A stretch of 52,161 nt of DNA from Actinomycetes bacterium (GTDB lineage: Bacteria > Actinomycetota > Acidimicrobiia > Acidimicrobiales > Palsa-688): assembly GCA_021838305.1 (NCBI GenBank), contig JAKCEB010000001.1:1-52161 (forward strand), in the 5' to 3' direction. The notes beneath the pieces were generated by a model, which was not told where the DNA came from, made no database searches, and saw only the letters and a list, made by a program, of their open reading frames with translations. Position 1 is the stretch's first letter. Each line of letters opens with the position of its first letter. Positions 18,896 through 28,794 of this stretch are shown piece after piece. Position numbers and translations under genes: made by a program.

Positions 18896-19835
18896 CCTGG
18901 CCGAGCGCCTCGACCAGGTCGTCGGGCAGTCGAGAATCGAACTCCATCCGCACCCCGCTAGCCGGATGATCGAAACCGAGGCTGGCGGCATGCAAGAAGA
19001 ACCGCTCCGGCTCCAGCAGACCGCGAAAAGGACCGGACCTTCCCCCATAGCGCGCGTCGCCGACGACCGGATGGCCTATCGCCGCGAGGTGGACCCTGAT
19101 CTGGTGAGTTCGCCCGGTTTCGAGCGCCAAGGCCAGCTCGCTGGACTCCATCGGGCCCGCGTGGCGGGCGACGACCTCGTAGCGGGTACGCGCCTCGCGC
19201 CCGCCGGCTACGACGCTGAAGCGGGTCGGGTCACGCGCTGAACGCCCGAGGGGAGCGTCGATCATGCCGGAATCGGATTCGACCGTGCCGCGCACCAAGG
19301 CTGTGTAACGCCTCGAAACTGACCTTTTCGACAGCTGTTCGACCAGGCTCGCCCGGGCGCGCTCCGTGCGGGCTACGACGAGTAGGCCCGACGTGCCCTT
19401 GTCTAGGCGATGCACGACCCCCGGCCGTCCCGCCTGGTCCCCGGCGTCGAGGCGGGACAGGTCCACGTATCTCCTGACGAGGGCCTGAATCAAAGTTCCG
19501 GTGGCGTTGGCGGCCCCAGGGTGCACCACCACGCCGGCCGGCTTGTCGACCACGATCACTTCCTCGTCGACGAACACTTCGACAAAATCGGCCAGAGGAC
19601 GATCGTCAAGAGGTATCGCGACAGCGCCCGGCGGCGAAACGCTGACGCCGACCTTCTCGCCCGCTCTCACCCGACGGCTGCGCTGCGTGGAGGTCCGCCC
19701 GCCTATGCTGACCATCCCCGCGGACATCATTTCGTTGACCTGGCTTCGCGCTAGTCCGGTAACCAGCGCAATGACCCGGTCTACCCTTTCCCCGTCGAGG
19801 GCTGCCGGGACCGCCCACGGGTCGCCGTCAGGCAC
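18870..19835 (-). CDS. rluD: RluA/RluD family 23S rRNA pseudouridine synthase
   Basis: N-terminal S4-like region plus the catalytic motif 'VVHRLDKGTSGLLVVA'. Confidence 0.9.
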   Translation of the reverse strand: MPDGDPWAVPAALDGERVDRVIALVTGLARSQVNEMMSAGMVSIGGRTSTQRSRRVRAGEKVGVSVSPPGAVAIPLDDRPLADFVEVFVDEEVIVVDKPAGVVVHPGAANATGTLIQALVRRYVDLSRLDAGDQAGRPGVVHRLDKGTSGLLVVARTERARASLVEQLSKRSVSRRYTALVRGTVESDSGMIDAPLGRSARDPTRFSVVAGGREARTRYEVVARHAGPMESSELALALETGRTHQIRVHLAAIGHPVVGDARYGGRSGPFRGLLEPERFFLHAASLGFDHPASGVRMEFDSRLPDDLVEALGQVKEAAAGL

Positions 19836-20400
19836 CGGAACCGCCGAGCCGACTCGCAGGCGAGCGGTCAGAAGAACTTCCGGGCGACTTCGCCGGGGAG
19901 CGATATGAGGAAAGCAGGACGATCACGCCGACCACGACGCACGAGTCGGCCACGTTGAAGACAGGCCACCACCGGACCGCCTGGATGAAGTCGACGACAC
20001 CGCCGGGATAGCCCGGAATGTGGCGGAATACGCGGTCGCCCAAGTTGCCGAGCGCACCGCCGAGCAACAAGCCCAGGCCGGCGAGGGTTGCATAGCCGGC
20101 CGACGCCGAAACCCTCCGGGTGACGAGGACGAGAACGCAGACAGCCACGACCACCACAGCTTCGAGGATGGGCGTCACCCCGCGTCCGAGGCTGAACGCC
20201 GTCCCAGTGTTGAACGTGAGAAGGAAGTTCGCCGGGCCGATCACGTGGCGAGGGCGGCCGGGGGTCAGGTTGGCAAGCGCCCAGTCCTTGCTCGCCACGT
20301 CGGCCGCGATTACCAGAGCCGCTACCGCCGCCACCAGCCCGATTCGCCGCCACCCCGGTCGCGTCCGGACCACCACGGGTCGGTATTGTCCAACGCTCAA
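19828..20400 (-). CDS. lspA: Lipoprotein signal peptidase II
   Basis: Multi-TM protein with 'FNTGTAFSLG' and 'FNVADSCVVVG'. Confidence 0.9.
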   Translation of the reverse strand: MSVGQYRPVVVRTRPGWRRIGLVAAVAALVIAADVASKDWALANLTPGRPRHVIGPANFLLTFNTGTAFSLGRGVTPILEAVVVVAVCVLVLVTRRVSASAGYATLAGLGLLLGGALGNLGDRVFRHIPGYPGGVVDFIQAVRWWPVFNVADSCVVVGVIVLLSSYRSPAKSPGSSSDRSPASRLGGSGA

Positions 20401-20407
20401 AGTGAGC

Positions 20408-20944
20408 TTATCGCCTCGACGACAAACCGCCGCTCTTGCACGCTACACACAACGCCGCGTACGGAAGCGCCTCGAGACGTGCCTCGGGAATCGGCTGGCC
20501 GCATCGCTCGCACACCCCGTAGGTGCCGTCGTCGATCTTCGCCAAAGCCCGGTCTATCTCCGCCACGGTCGCCCTCGCCTGCGCCGACAGGTAGAGATCT
20601 ATCTCACGGTCGACGTTGGCCGTACCGCCCTCCCCTCCCTCCTCGTCGAACTGGACGTCGCCCGGTTCGTGCTCGAGCGCCAGGGAATCCGCCTGGGCCT
20701 TCAATGACTCCGCCGAGCCCATGTAGTCGGCTCGCTCCGCGAGCAGCGTCAGGCGCTGAGAGTCCAAGAAAGCGCTGCCCGTAGCGGCTGGGGGTGATTC
20801 AGCCCTCTTACGCGCCGGAGCCTTTCGCGCCGGCGCCTTGCGGTCACCCGGGGTCGTCGCAGCGACGTCGTTCGTCGCAACCGAATCCACCGTTACCTCT
20901 ACTAGGTCCTCGGTACTTGACATCGAAGCCTTCTTCTGCACCAT
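20408..20944 (-). CDS. TraR/DksA family C4 zinc-finger protein
   Basis: C-terminal 'CERCGQPIPEARLEALPYAALCVAC'. The N-terminus is disordered and contains a tandem APARK repeat. Confidence 0.85.
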   Translation of the reverse strand: MVQKKASMSSTEDLVEVTVDSVATNDVAATTPGDRKAPARKAPARKRAESPPAATGSAFLDSQRLTLLAERADYMGSAESLKAQADSLALEHEPGDVQFDEEGGEGGTANVDREIDLYLSAQARATVAEIDRALAKIDDGTYGVCERCGQPIPEARLEALPYAALCVACKSGGLSSRR

Positions 20945-21066
20945 TCGACTGACCTGATATTCCGCTAGAACCTCATTGGCGGGCGAGTAACCATAACACT
21001 TGGCGGCGCCGAGATAATCCCGTCCTAGCGGAGGCTTCGAGGGAGGCCGTTTAGGGCTAGTAGGTT

Positions 21067-24000
21067 GTGTACGTGCCTGGCGACCCCGCCCTACATCCCG
21101 ACGAGCCCGCTCGACGCGTGCCTGCTGCCTACCCCGACGTTGCGCGCTCGCCCAACCTTGCCGATATCGAGGAGCAGGTCCTCAAGTCTTGGGAAACGGC
21201 AGGCACCTTCGCCCGCTCGGTCGAAGGTCGGCGTGGAAGCCAGGAGTTCGTCTTCTACGACGGACCCCCGTTCGCCAACGGCCTTCCCCACTACGGGCAT
21301 CTCCTGACCGGGTTCGTCAAGGACGCGGTACCGCGCTACCAGACGATGCGCGGTCGGCTGGTCGAACGCCGCTTCGGCTGGGACTGCCACGGCCTGCCGG
21401 CCGAAGTCGAAGCGGAGAAAGAGCTGGGCGTCTCGGGGAGGGCGGCGATCGGCGAGTACGGCATCGACGCTTTCAACAATTTCTGTAAAAGTTCGGTGCT
21501 TCGCTACACAGACGAGTGGCGCCGTTACGTAACGCGCCAGGCCCGGTGGGTCGACTTCGACAACGACTACAAGACGATGGACCTCTCCTATATGGAGAGC
21601 GTCATGTGGGCACTCGCGCAGCTTTACGACAAGGGCCTCCTCTATGAGGACTACCGGGTCCTTCCCTACTGCTGGGAGTGCGAAACCCCGCTGTCCAACT
21701 CCGAGACACGCCAAGACGACGCCTACCGGGAGCGCCAGGATCCAGCAGTCACGGTCGCCTTCCACCTGCCCGGGCCCGATCCGATCGACCTGTGGGTGTG
21801 GACGACCACACCGTGGACTCTTCCGTCGAACCTAGCCCTCGCCGTCGGAACCGAGATCGACTACGCGGTGTTCGAGCGGGAAGGTAACCGCTTCGCCATC
21901 GCCCTCGACCGGGTGGACGCCTACGAGAAGTCCCTCGAAGGCGCCATGCGCACGGCCACATTGCGAGGAAGCGATCTGGTGGGGCGACGCTACGAGCCCC
22001 TCTTCCCCTATTTTTCCGACACGGCCAACGCTTTCGTCGTGCTCGGCGCTCAGTTCGTCAACACCGACGAAGGCACCGGGATCGTGCACATGGCTCCAGG
22101 ATTCGGGGAGGACGACCAGATCGCCTGCGCCCAAGCCGGGATCCCTGTCGTTTGCCCGGTCGACGACCGGACCAGATTCACCGGAGAAGTCCCCGACTTC
22201 GAGGGTATGCAGGTGTTCGAAGCCAACCAGCCTGTCATCAGGGCTCTCCGGGAAAAAGGTTCCCTGGTGCGCTCGGACTCGTACGTTCACTCCTACCCGC
22301 ACTGCTGGCGAAGCGACACGCCGCTCGTCTACCGGGCGGTTTCATCCTGGTTTGTCAAGGTCACTGCCATAAAAGCTCAGCTGGCAGAAGCAAACACCCA
22401 GATCGGCTGGGTTCCCGAACACGTCAAAGACGGCTCGTTCGGGCGTTGGCTCGACAACGCCAGGGACTGGTCCATTTCAAGGAACCGGTTCTGGGGCTCA
22501 CCTATACCGGTCTGGAAAAGCGACAACCCCGAGTACCCTAGGATCGACGTCTACGGAAGCCTCGACGCCCTCGAAGCCGACTTCGGGGTACGGCCGGTGG
22601 ACTTGCATCGCCCGGCGATAGACGAACTGACCCGCCCCAACCCCGACGACCCCACCGGCCGATCCACGATGCGGCGGATCCCTGACGTTCTCGATTGCTG
22701 GTTCGAAAGCGGCTCCATGCCGTTTGCGCAGGTTCATTACCCATTCGAGAACAAGGAGTGGTTCGACACCCACTTCCCAGGGGACTTCATCGTCGAGTAC
22801 ATCGGTCAGACCCGGGGCTGGTTCTACACACTCCACGTGCTTGCCGTCGCTTTGTTCGGGCGTCCAGCCTTTTCGAATTGCCTGGCGCACGGGATACTTC
22901 TCGGCGACGACGGGGCCAAGCTGTCCAAACGACTGCGCAACTACCCTGACCCTCTCGCCATGTTCGACCGCTACGGCGCAGACGCAATGCGATGGTTCCT
23001 CCTCAGCTCCACGATCATGCGAGGGGGAGACATGATCGTCGACGAGGGCGGGATCAAAGACGCGGTGCGCGCAGCTGTCCTGCCGTACTGGAATGCCTGG
23101 TATTTCTTTGCGCTATACGCGAACGCGGATCGTCGCAGCGCCAACCATCAGCGCAGCGACTCCTCCAACCTCTTGGACCGCTACATCATCGCGAAACTCG
23201 CCGATGCCGTAGCATCCGCAGGGGCGTCGATGGAGTCATTTGATTTGTCAGGAACGACGGCGATCATCGAGTCCTTCCTCGATTCGCTCAACAACTGGTA
23301 CATCCGTCGCAGTCGCGACCGCTTCTGGGGCACGGGCTCTGGCCGTGAGGCCGACACGCAGGACGCTTTCGACACTCTCGCGACAGTCCTCGAAGTGCTG
23401 AGTCGGCTTGCAGCTCCCTTGCTGCCCATGATTTCCGAGGTCGTTTGGCGTGGCTTGACGGGCGGGGAATCGGTGCACCTCGCCGACTGGCCGAGCGAAG
23501 GCCAGCTTCACCCCGACGACGTTCTCGTGCAAAAGATGGACCTCGCCCGCGACGTTTGTGGGGCTGCGCACTCGCTTCGAAAAGCGAGCAGCCTACGTGC
23601 CCGTCTACCGCTCGGCGGGCTCACCGTGGCGGGTCCCCAAGCCGGCGAGCTTGCCGACCTGGTCGACCTGATCGCGGACGAGGTCAACGTGCGCTCTGTC
23701 ATCCTCTGCGACGACCCCGCACTGTTCGCAAGCCCTCAGTTGAGTGTCGTGTTCAAAGTTGCGGCACCACGCCTCGGACCTGCGATACAGGGCGTTGCCG
23801 CGGCGGCCAAACGCGGAGACTGGGAGACACTCGACGACGGAAGCGCCCGCGTGGGCACCGAGGTCCTCCTCGAAGGCGAGTTCGAGATGCGCGTCAACCC
23901 GCTCGACCCCGCCACGACACGGACCCTGCCGGGAATGGCAGGCGTCGTCGTGCTCGACTTGGAGGTGACCGCGGAACTTGCGCTGGAAGGCCGCGCCCGG

Positions 24001-24249
24001 GACCTTGTCAGGGAAGTCCAGCAGATCCGGCGCGACCTCGGCCTTGAAGTCTCGGACCGCATAAATCTCGCCGTCGGCGGCGACGTCGACGTCCGTGAGG
24101 CCCTCGACTCACACGGGGATTGGCTTGCCGAGCAGGTGCTTGCGGCATCGCTGACCTGGGTCGACACCGTCGGCGACGAAGCGACGTGGAGGAACGTAGA
24201 ACTCGCCGACGGATCGGCGGCCACCGTCTCGGTGGTAGTCGCCGGCTAA
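21067..24249 (+). CDS. ileS: Isoleucine--tRNA ligase (type 2)
   Basis: HIGH-type 'PFANGLPHYGHL' and KMSKS-type 'KLSKRL'; 1060 aa. The start could instead be GTG 21118. Confidence 0.96.
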   Translation: MYVPGDPALHPDEPARRVPAAYPDVARSPNLADIEEQVLKSWETAGTFARSVEGRRGSQEFVFYDGPPFANGLPHYGHLLTGFVKDAVPRYQTMRGRLVERRFGWDCHGLPAEVEAEKELGVSGRAAIGEYGIDAFNNFCKSSVLRYTDEWRRYVTRQARWVDFDNDYKTMDLSYMESVMWALAQLYDKGLLYEDYRVLPYCWECETPLSNSETRQDDAYRERQDPAVTVAFHLPGPDPIDLWVWTTTPWTLPSNLALAVGTEIDYAVFEREGNRFAIALDRVDAYEKSLEGAMRTATLRGSDLVGRRYEPLFPYFSDTANAFVVLGAQFVNTDEGTGIVHMAPGFGEDDQIACAQAGIPVVCPVDDRTRFTGEVPDFEGMQVFEANQPVIRALREKGSLVRSDSYVHSYPHCWRSDTPLVYRAVSSWFVKVTAIKAQLAEANTQIGWVPEHVKDGSFGRWLDNARDWSISRNRFWGSPIPVWKSDNPEYPRIDVYGSLDALEADFGVRPVDLHRPAIDELTRPNPDDPTGRSTMRRIPDVLDCWFESGSMPFAQVHYPFENKEWFDTHFPGDFIVEYIGQTRGWFYTLHVLAVALFGRPAFSNCLAHGILLGDDGAKLSKRLRNYPDPLAMFDRYGADAMRWFLLSSTIMRGGDMIVDEGGIKDAVRAAVLPYWNAWYFFALYANADRRSANHQRSDSSNLLDRYIIAKLADAVASAGASMESFDLSGTTAIIESFLDSLNNWYIRRSRDRFWGTGSGREADTQDAFDTLATVLEVLSRLAAPLLPMISEVVWRGLTGGESVHLADWPSEGQLHPDDVLVQKMDLARDVCGAAHSLRKASSLRARLPLGGLTVAGPQAGELADLVDLIADEVNVRSVILCDDPALFASPQLSVVFKVAAPRLGPAIQGVAAAAKRGDWETLDDGSARVGTEVLLEGEFEMRVNPLDPATTRTLPGMAGVVVLDLEVTAELALEGRARDLVREVQQIRRDLGLEVSDRINLAVGGDVDVREALDSHGDWLAEQVLAASLTWVDTVGDEATWRNVELADGSAATVSVVVAG

Positions 24250-24259
24250 ATCGCCTCGC

Positions 24260-25117
24260 TCAGCGACGGCGCCTGAGCCGTCCACCGATGCGGTGGTCGT
24301 CCTCGTAGCGGTCGCCGTCGTCGAAGAAGTCGTCCATAGCCTTGTCGTCGTCGTCGTAGCCCCCCGGCGCGTTCTCGCTCCCAGGATCGGGATCGCCGGG
24401 CTGGATACTGAGAAGCTGCGTCGAGTCGGCCCCGACAGCCGGCCACACAGACGTCTCGGAACTTGGCGCACTTACCCTTCCTACAGGTTCCGGTTCGGCA
24501 GGGGCGACCGGGACCGACGCAGCGGCCGCGGAAGTGCTCGTATACGACGAAGCGCCGGCGCGCCGCGCTAGGACGTCCGCACCCCGAGAGCCCGGCGCTG
24601 GCCACAGGATCCCGACGCGATCCACAGCTGCCAGGGCTTCGCTCAGCGAATCAACGACGTGCGCCTTGTGCTCGTCAACCCAGCGCTGAAGCGTGTCGAC
24701 CTCCAGCTGGGCCTGCGAACGCTGCGACTCGAGCTTGGTGAGCTCCGAGCGCGCGTCCGAAATGCTGTCCTCGAGGGTCCGCCGGCCCTGCTGCTCGGCT
24801 TCGGCGACGATGCTCTGAGCCTGCTGCTCCGCCGAGGCGAGAATCCGGGAGGCCTGCTCGCGAGCTTCGGCGACGGCCATGTCGGCTGTCCGCTGCGCCA
24901 GCACAAGGGTACGGCGGAGGGTGTCATCTGAGCCGCCCGAGTCGCTCGCAGCTGACTCGGCCCGCTGCGCTCGCTCGACGGCCTGGCGAAGGCGGTCTTG
25001 GAGTACCTCGATCCCGGCGGCGACCTGCTCCAGGAAATGGTCGACATCCTCGGGGTGGTAGCCCCGCATCTTTTCCCGGAATTCGACTTCTCTGAGCGTC
25101 TTCGGTGAGACTTCCAT
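24260..25117 (-). CDS. divIVA: DivIVA domain protein (Wag31-like)
   Basis: 'LREVEFREKMRGYHPEDVDHFLEQV' followed by a long coiled-coil region. Confidence 0.9.
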   Translation of the reverse strand: MEVSPKTLREVEFREKMRGYHPEDVDHFLEQVAAGIEVLQDRLRQAVERAQRAESAASDSGGSDDTLRRTLVLAQRTADMAVAEAREQASRILASAEQQAQSIVAEAEQQGRRTLEDSISDARSELTKLESQRSQAQLEVDTLQRWVDEHKAHVVDSLSEALAAVDRVGILWPAPGSRGADVLARRAGASSYTSTSAAAASVPVAPAEPEPVGRVSAPSSETSVWPAVGADSTQLLSIQPGDPDPGSENAPGGYDDDDKAMDDFFDDGDRYEDDHRIGGRLRRRR

Positions 25118-25199
25118 TCTTCCATCCTAGACGCGCGCCGAGGCTGGCGCCGTGATCGTCGCCAGAGCCCGGTCCCCGTCGACGAGGTGACGCCTTAGC

Positions 25200-25475
25200 T
25201 CAGATGGGGAGTCTGCCCAGGACGTCGTTGACGACTAGTTGCACCACGATTATCGCTACGAGGAACGAAAGGTCGATCATTCCTATCGGCGGGACGATCC
25301 TGCGAAACGGGGCGAGGACCGGCTCCGTCACGGCGAATACGACCCTTCGGACCGGGTTGAGAGGGGAGGTCGGATTGTAGGGGAACCAGCTGAGCAACGC
25401 TCGCGCGAAGAGAATGAGCACATAGATCTCACCGAGGTCGAACAGCGGATTCCCGGAACGGAAGGAGAAGAACAC
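25200..25475 (-). CDS. yggT: YggT family membrane protein
   Basis: 91 aa with two TM segments. 'ARALLSWFP' is typical of YggT, and the position between sepF and divIVA is conserved. Confidence 0.85.
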   Translation of the reverse strand: MFFSFRSGNPLFDLGEIYVLILFARALLSWFPYNPTSPLNPVRRVVFAVTEPVLAPFRRIVPPIGMIDLSFLVAIIVVQLVVNDVLGRLPI

Positions 25476-25484
25476 TAAGTCGGC

Positions 25485-26030
25485 TCAGGTCCGGTATCCG
25501 CGTTCTTGGAGGCGCCGACGCTCCTCGGACGAGACTTCGACGTTGGACGGCGTCAGGAGGAACACCTGGTCGTCGATCTTCTCCATCGCTCCTGCGAGCG
25601 CGTACGTAACGCCGCTACAAAAGTCGATCATCCGACGGGCGAGGTCGCGTTCGTTGGCCTGCAGGTTCACTACGACCGGCTGCCCGTTACGGTAGCGGTC
25701 CCCTATCAGCTGTGCGTCAGAGAAACGCGTCGGCTCGACGATGTGCGGCTTGGCTGTGTGGATCGGATTGATCGGCCGGACGACCGCCGGCCGTGGTGTT
25801 ACGGCCGTGGGCGAAAGCGACGGTTCCGGCTGCTCTCGATATCCGCCTTCGCGTGAGTTGAGGTCCCGGGCACCCGAATCGCGACCGACCGGCCTGACCG
25901 ACGACACTGCCGGCTCGGGTTCCGCGTAGCGGCGCGAAGTCCCGGCCGGTTCCTCATAGTCGTAGTCCTCGAACTCGTCGTCGGCCAAACCTAGGTACAC
26001 CATGGCCTTCTTCATTATCCCAGCAGCCAT
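25485..26030 (-). CDS. sepF: Cell division protein SepF
   Basis: 'MKKAMVYLGL' N-terminus and a C-terminal SepF core ('GQPVVVNL...RMIDFCSGVTYAL'). GAGGAGGAG lies 4 nt upstream of ATG 26030. Confidence 0.9.
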   Translation of the reverse strand: MAAGIMKKAMVYLGLADDEFEDYDYEEPAGTSRRYAEPEPAVSSVRPVGRDSGARDLNSREGGYREQPEPSLSPTAVTPRPAVVRPINPIHTAKPHIVEPTRFSDAQLIGDRYRNGQPVVVNLQANERDLARRMIDFCSGVTYALAGAMEKIDDQVFLLTPSNVEVSSEERRRLQERGYRT

Positions 26031-26041
26031 CGGGCTCCTCC

Positions 26042-26785
26042 TCACACGTTATTGTAGCTGTGCTGCGCTTTCTGCGATGGGCGCTCCCCGAAGAGGGCTC
26101 GTCCAAGCCTCAAGACCGTCGCCCCCTCTTCGAGGGCCACCTGGAAGTCGTCGCTCATACCCATCGAGAGTTCGTTAAGGCCAAGGGAATGCGCTCGCCC
26201 CGCCAGCCAACGAAAGCACCGCCTCGCCTCGTCGAGCGAACCTTGCGGCGCCACGGCCATGAGGCCTATGGGGCGTACCTGTGCTCGCCTAGATTGCGCG
26301 TACAGCTCGTCGAGGTCCGCCGGCTCGCAACCCGCACGGCCCGCGATGCGCCCCACGTTGACCTGGAGGAAGACCTCGGACCCGGGTGCGACCTTCGCGA
26401 CCCCGGCGAGTGCACTTGAGCGGTCCAAGGAATGCCAGACGCTGACTATCGGGGCGAGGTGTTTGAGTTTCCTTCGCTGCAGTGCCCCGAGATAGTGCCA
26501 TCGGCACTCGGCGGGCGCCCTTGAAGCCTTGGCGATCAGCTCGTCGCCGTAGTTCTCGCCGATGTCGACGAGACCGGCCGAGACAGATGCCCTGACAGCG
26601 TCTATGCCGAATCCTTTTGTCACCGCCACGATGCGAACATCGTCGACACGGCGACCCGCAGCCTCGACACGGCCATAGACCACTTCGAGGCGCTTGGCGA
26701 CTTCGCTTGCGAGGGAGCTCACAGCCGTCTCTATGCGCACCAGATCACGGTCGCTTGCCGGCGTTTCGACTGATGCGACCGCCAT
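26042..26785 (-). CDS. yggS: YggS family pyridoxal-phosphate homeostasis protein
   Basis: 'IVAVTKG' (PLP lysine) and 'LSMGMSDDFQVALEEGATVLRLGRALFG'. The start may be GTG 26740. Confidence 0.9.
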   Translation of the reverse strand: MAVASVETPASDRDLVRIETAVSSLASEVAKRLEVVYGRVEAAGRRVDDVRIVAVTKGFGIDAVRASVSAGLVDIGENYGDELIAKASRAPAECRWHYLGALQRRKLKHLAPIVSVWHSLDRSSALAGVAKVAPGSEVFLQVNVGRIAGRAGCEPADLDELYAQSRRAQVRPIGLMAVAPQGSLDEARRCFRWLAGRAHSLGLNELSMGMSDDFQVALEEGATVLRLGRALFGERPSQKAQHSYNNV

Positions 26786-27432
26786 GACCAGAGGTCACCA
26801 CTGCAGGCAGTGCATTCGCGTGACATGTCAAGCAGCGTTGCACCAGCGGCGCGAAGCGCAACGGTGACCCCGGCCGGCAAGTTCAATGACAACTCTCCGC
26901 TGCGGGTTGTCGCTGCTAGGGGACTACCGAGCCTGGACTCCACCTGCGCAAGGTCGCCACCGCCGAATGTGTAACAGCACGGGTGTATGCACGGACCGAG
27001 GACGGCTTCCACTCGTGTCGCACCCAAACGTCGCATGCTCTGAACTGTTGCCTCGATCACGCCGGCGCGCAGTCCTCTCCATCCAGCGTGGGCGACACCA
27101 ATCACACCCTCGGGACTAGCCAAGGCGACAGGGGCACAGTCGGCGCTGAGAACCGCCAACGCGACTCCGGGAGCGGCGCTGACCGCCGCGTCGGCTGGCT
27201 CACCCGAACATTCTCCGGGGTGCTCGACGGTTACGACCCTGGCGCCGTGCACCTGCTCCAAGGTCGTCCATGGCCGATCAACAACTTTGCGGCGGCGCAC
27301 TTCCCCAATCCGGCCGGGCTCGGCGAAGTCGCCATTGGCCCATCCAGTGCACGCCACCTTGGCCGTGTCGAAAATCGTCCACTCCGCCGTCAAGCGGGGA
27401 GCGCATTGCGTCGACGCGCCATGCACTGTCAC
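26731..27432 (-). CDS. pgeF: Peptidoglycan editing factor PgeF / YfiH (DUF152 laccase-domain protein)
   Basis: 'LSADCAPV' and 'GVAHAGWRG' motifs. Confidence 0.88.
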   Translation of the reverse strand: MTVHGASTQCAPRLTAEWTIFDTAKVACTGWANGDFAEPGRIGEVRRRKVVDRPWTTLEQVHGARVVTVEHPGECSGEPADAAVSAAPGVALAVLSADCAPVALASPEGVIGVAHAGWRGLRAGVIEATVQSMRRLGATRVEAVLGPCIHPCCYTFGGGDLAQVESRLGSPLAATTRSGELSLNLPAGVTVALRAAGATLLDMSRECTACSGDLWSWRSHQSKRRQATVIWCA

Positions 27433-27451
27433 TCGGGCAAGACCGCCGGCG

Positions 27452-28534
27452 TCACTTCAAAAAGTCGGGGACGTCGAACTCGTCGCCGATGAGGCCGAAC
27501 TCGTCGCTGTCGCGAAGTTCCCTCTCCGTGGCGAGGAGGCCGAGGCCCGCTTTGGCGGCGGGACGTTCCTGCTCGGCCGGACGGTCCCACCCGTCGAAGC
27601 CCGCAGCGATGACTGTGACACGAACCTCGTCGCCCATCGAGTCGTTGATAACAGAGCCGAAGATGATGTTGGCATCGGGGTGCGCTACTCCGTGGATGAT
27701 CTCGGCGGCTTCGGTGACTTCGAAAAGGCCGAGGTCGCTTCCACCGGCGATGTTCAAGAGAATTCCCTGCGCCCCTTCGATCGAAGCTTCGAGGAGCGGA
27801 GAGGTGATCGCCAGCCTTGCGGCGGTGACCGCACGATTGTCACCTGACGCCGTCCCGATGCCCATGATGGCGGTACCGGCGTTGCTCATGATCATCTTGA
27901 CGTCAGCAAAGTCCGTGTTGATCAGGCCCGGGGTGGTGATGAGGTCGGTGATCCCCTGAACACCGGACAGGAGCACCTCGTCGGCCATCTTGAAAGCGTT
28001 GACCATCGACGTCTTCTCGTTGGAGACAGTGAGAAGACGATCGTTCGGTATCACGATCAGGGTGTCGACCTTCTCCCTCAGACGTTGGATGCCGGCTTCG
28101 GCCTGGGTCGACCGGCGACTCCCCTCGAAGCCGAAAGGCCGCGTGACTACGCCGATGGTGAGCGCACCGAGGGACTTGGCGAGCTCCGCCACTACCGGCG
28201 CTCCACCTGTGCCGGTGCCGCCGCCTTTACCTGCCGTAATGAAGACCATGTCGGCACCTTTGAGGGCCTCCTCCAGGTCTTGGCGGTGCTCTTCCGCGGC
28301 AGCACGACCGACCTCGGGGTCGCTCCCGGCACCGAGACCGCGGGTGAGCTGCCGACCGATGTCGAGCTTGACGTCCGCATCGCTCATGAGCAGGGCTTGC
28401 GCGTCGGTGTTGACAGCGATGAACTCGACCCCTTTCAAGCCGGCGTCGATCATGCGGTTGACAGCGTTCACCCCGCCACCACCGATCCCGACGACTTTGA
28501 TCACTGCGATGTAATTCTGGGCGGCACCAGCCAT
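27452..28534 (-). CDS. ftsZ: Cell division GTPase FtsZ
   Basis: Tubulin signature '[13 protein letters not shown]' and the C-terminal peptide 'DVPDFLK'. GGAGG lies 6 nt upstream of the ATG. Confidence 0.98.
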   Translation of the reverse strand: MAGAAQNYIAVIKVVGIGGGGVNAVNRMIDAGLKGVEFIAVNTDAQALLMSDADVKLDIGRQLTRGLGAGSDPEVGRAAAEEHRQDLEEALKGADMVFITAGKGGGTGTGGAPVVAELAKSLGALTIGVVTRPFGFEGSRRSTQAEAGIQRLREKVDTLIVIPNDRLLTVSNEKTSMVNAFKMADEVLLSGVQGITDLITTPGLINTDFADVKMIMSNAGTAIMGIGTASGDNRAVTAARLAITSPLLEASIEGAQGILLNIAGGSDLGLFEVTEAAEIIHGVAHPDANIIFGSVINDSMGDEVRVTVIAAGFDGWDRPAEQERPAAKAGLGLLATERELRDSDEFGLIGDEFDVPDFLK

Positions 28535-28794
28535 CGAAACCCTCCAGGGCGGTCCGACAATCGGAACTTTTCCGAGTGTCTATGTTTGTTCAGACTCTTC
28601 CAAGCGTGCCACGCCCGACTGCCGCGATCCCGGATACTTGCGAATACGACGACCTCGAACGTTATGGCGTTGCGCGGACCTGCAGTTTTCAGAGAGTCCA
28701 GCTGACTGCCTGAGACAAAACCTCTAGTAGATGTATAGACTTTCTCTCAACCTACGCAAATGGTCTAGACGATAGCCGTCTCGTGGTGTCTCCG

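Noticed and set aside
14935-19048. Very long ORFs antisense to the cbi genes: 16194..17366 (390 aa), 15949..16872, 14935..15696 and 18026..19048. The same applies to 3577..4863 opposite dnaE.
   Set aside because: They are extremely Arg/Pro/Ser/Ala-rich translations lying opposite genes with strong family motifs. This is the typical shadow-frame artefact of high-GC DNA, and no recognisable domains are present.
20945-21130. T-box riboswitch in the ileS leader.
   Set aside because: The conserved T-box sequence and a convincing specifier loop are not recognisable. The best candidate, UGGC, would pair with a G discriminator base rather than the A of tRNA-Ile. The region is retained only as a structured leader in the findings.
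21355-21375. Additional SOS-box-like sequence GAAC-GCCG-CTTC inside ileS, and GAAC-containing sites near 28655 upstream of ftsZ.
   Set aside because: These are imperfect half-sites (CTTC or TGGC instead of GTTC). One is inside a coding region, and neither is positioned at a plausible promoter.
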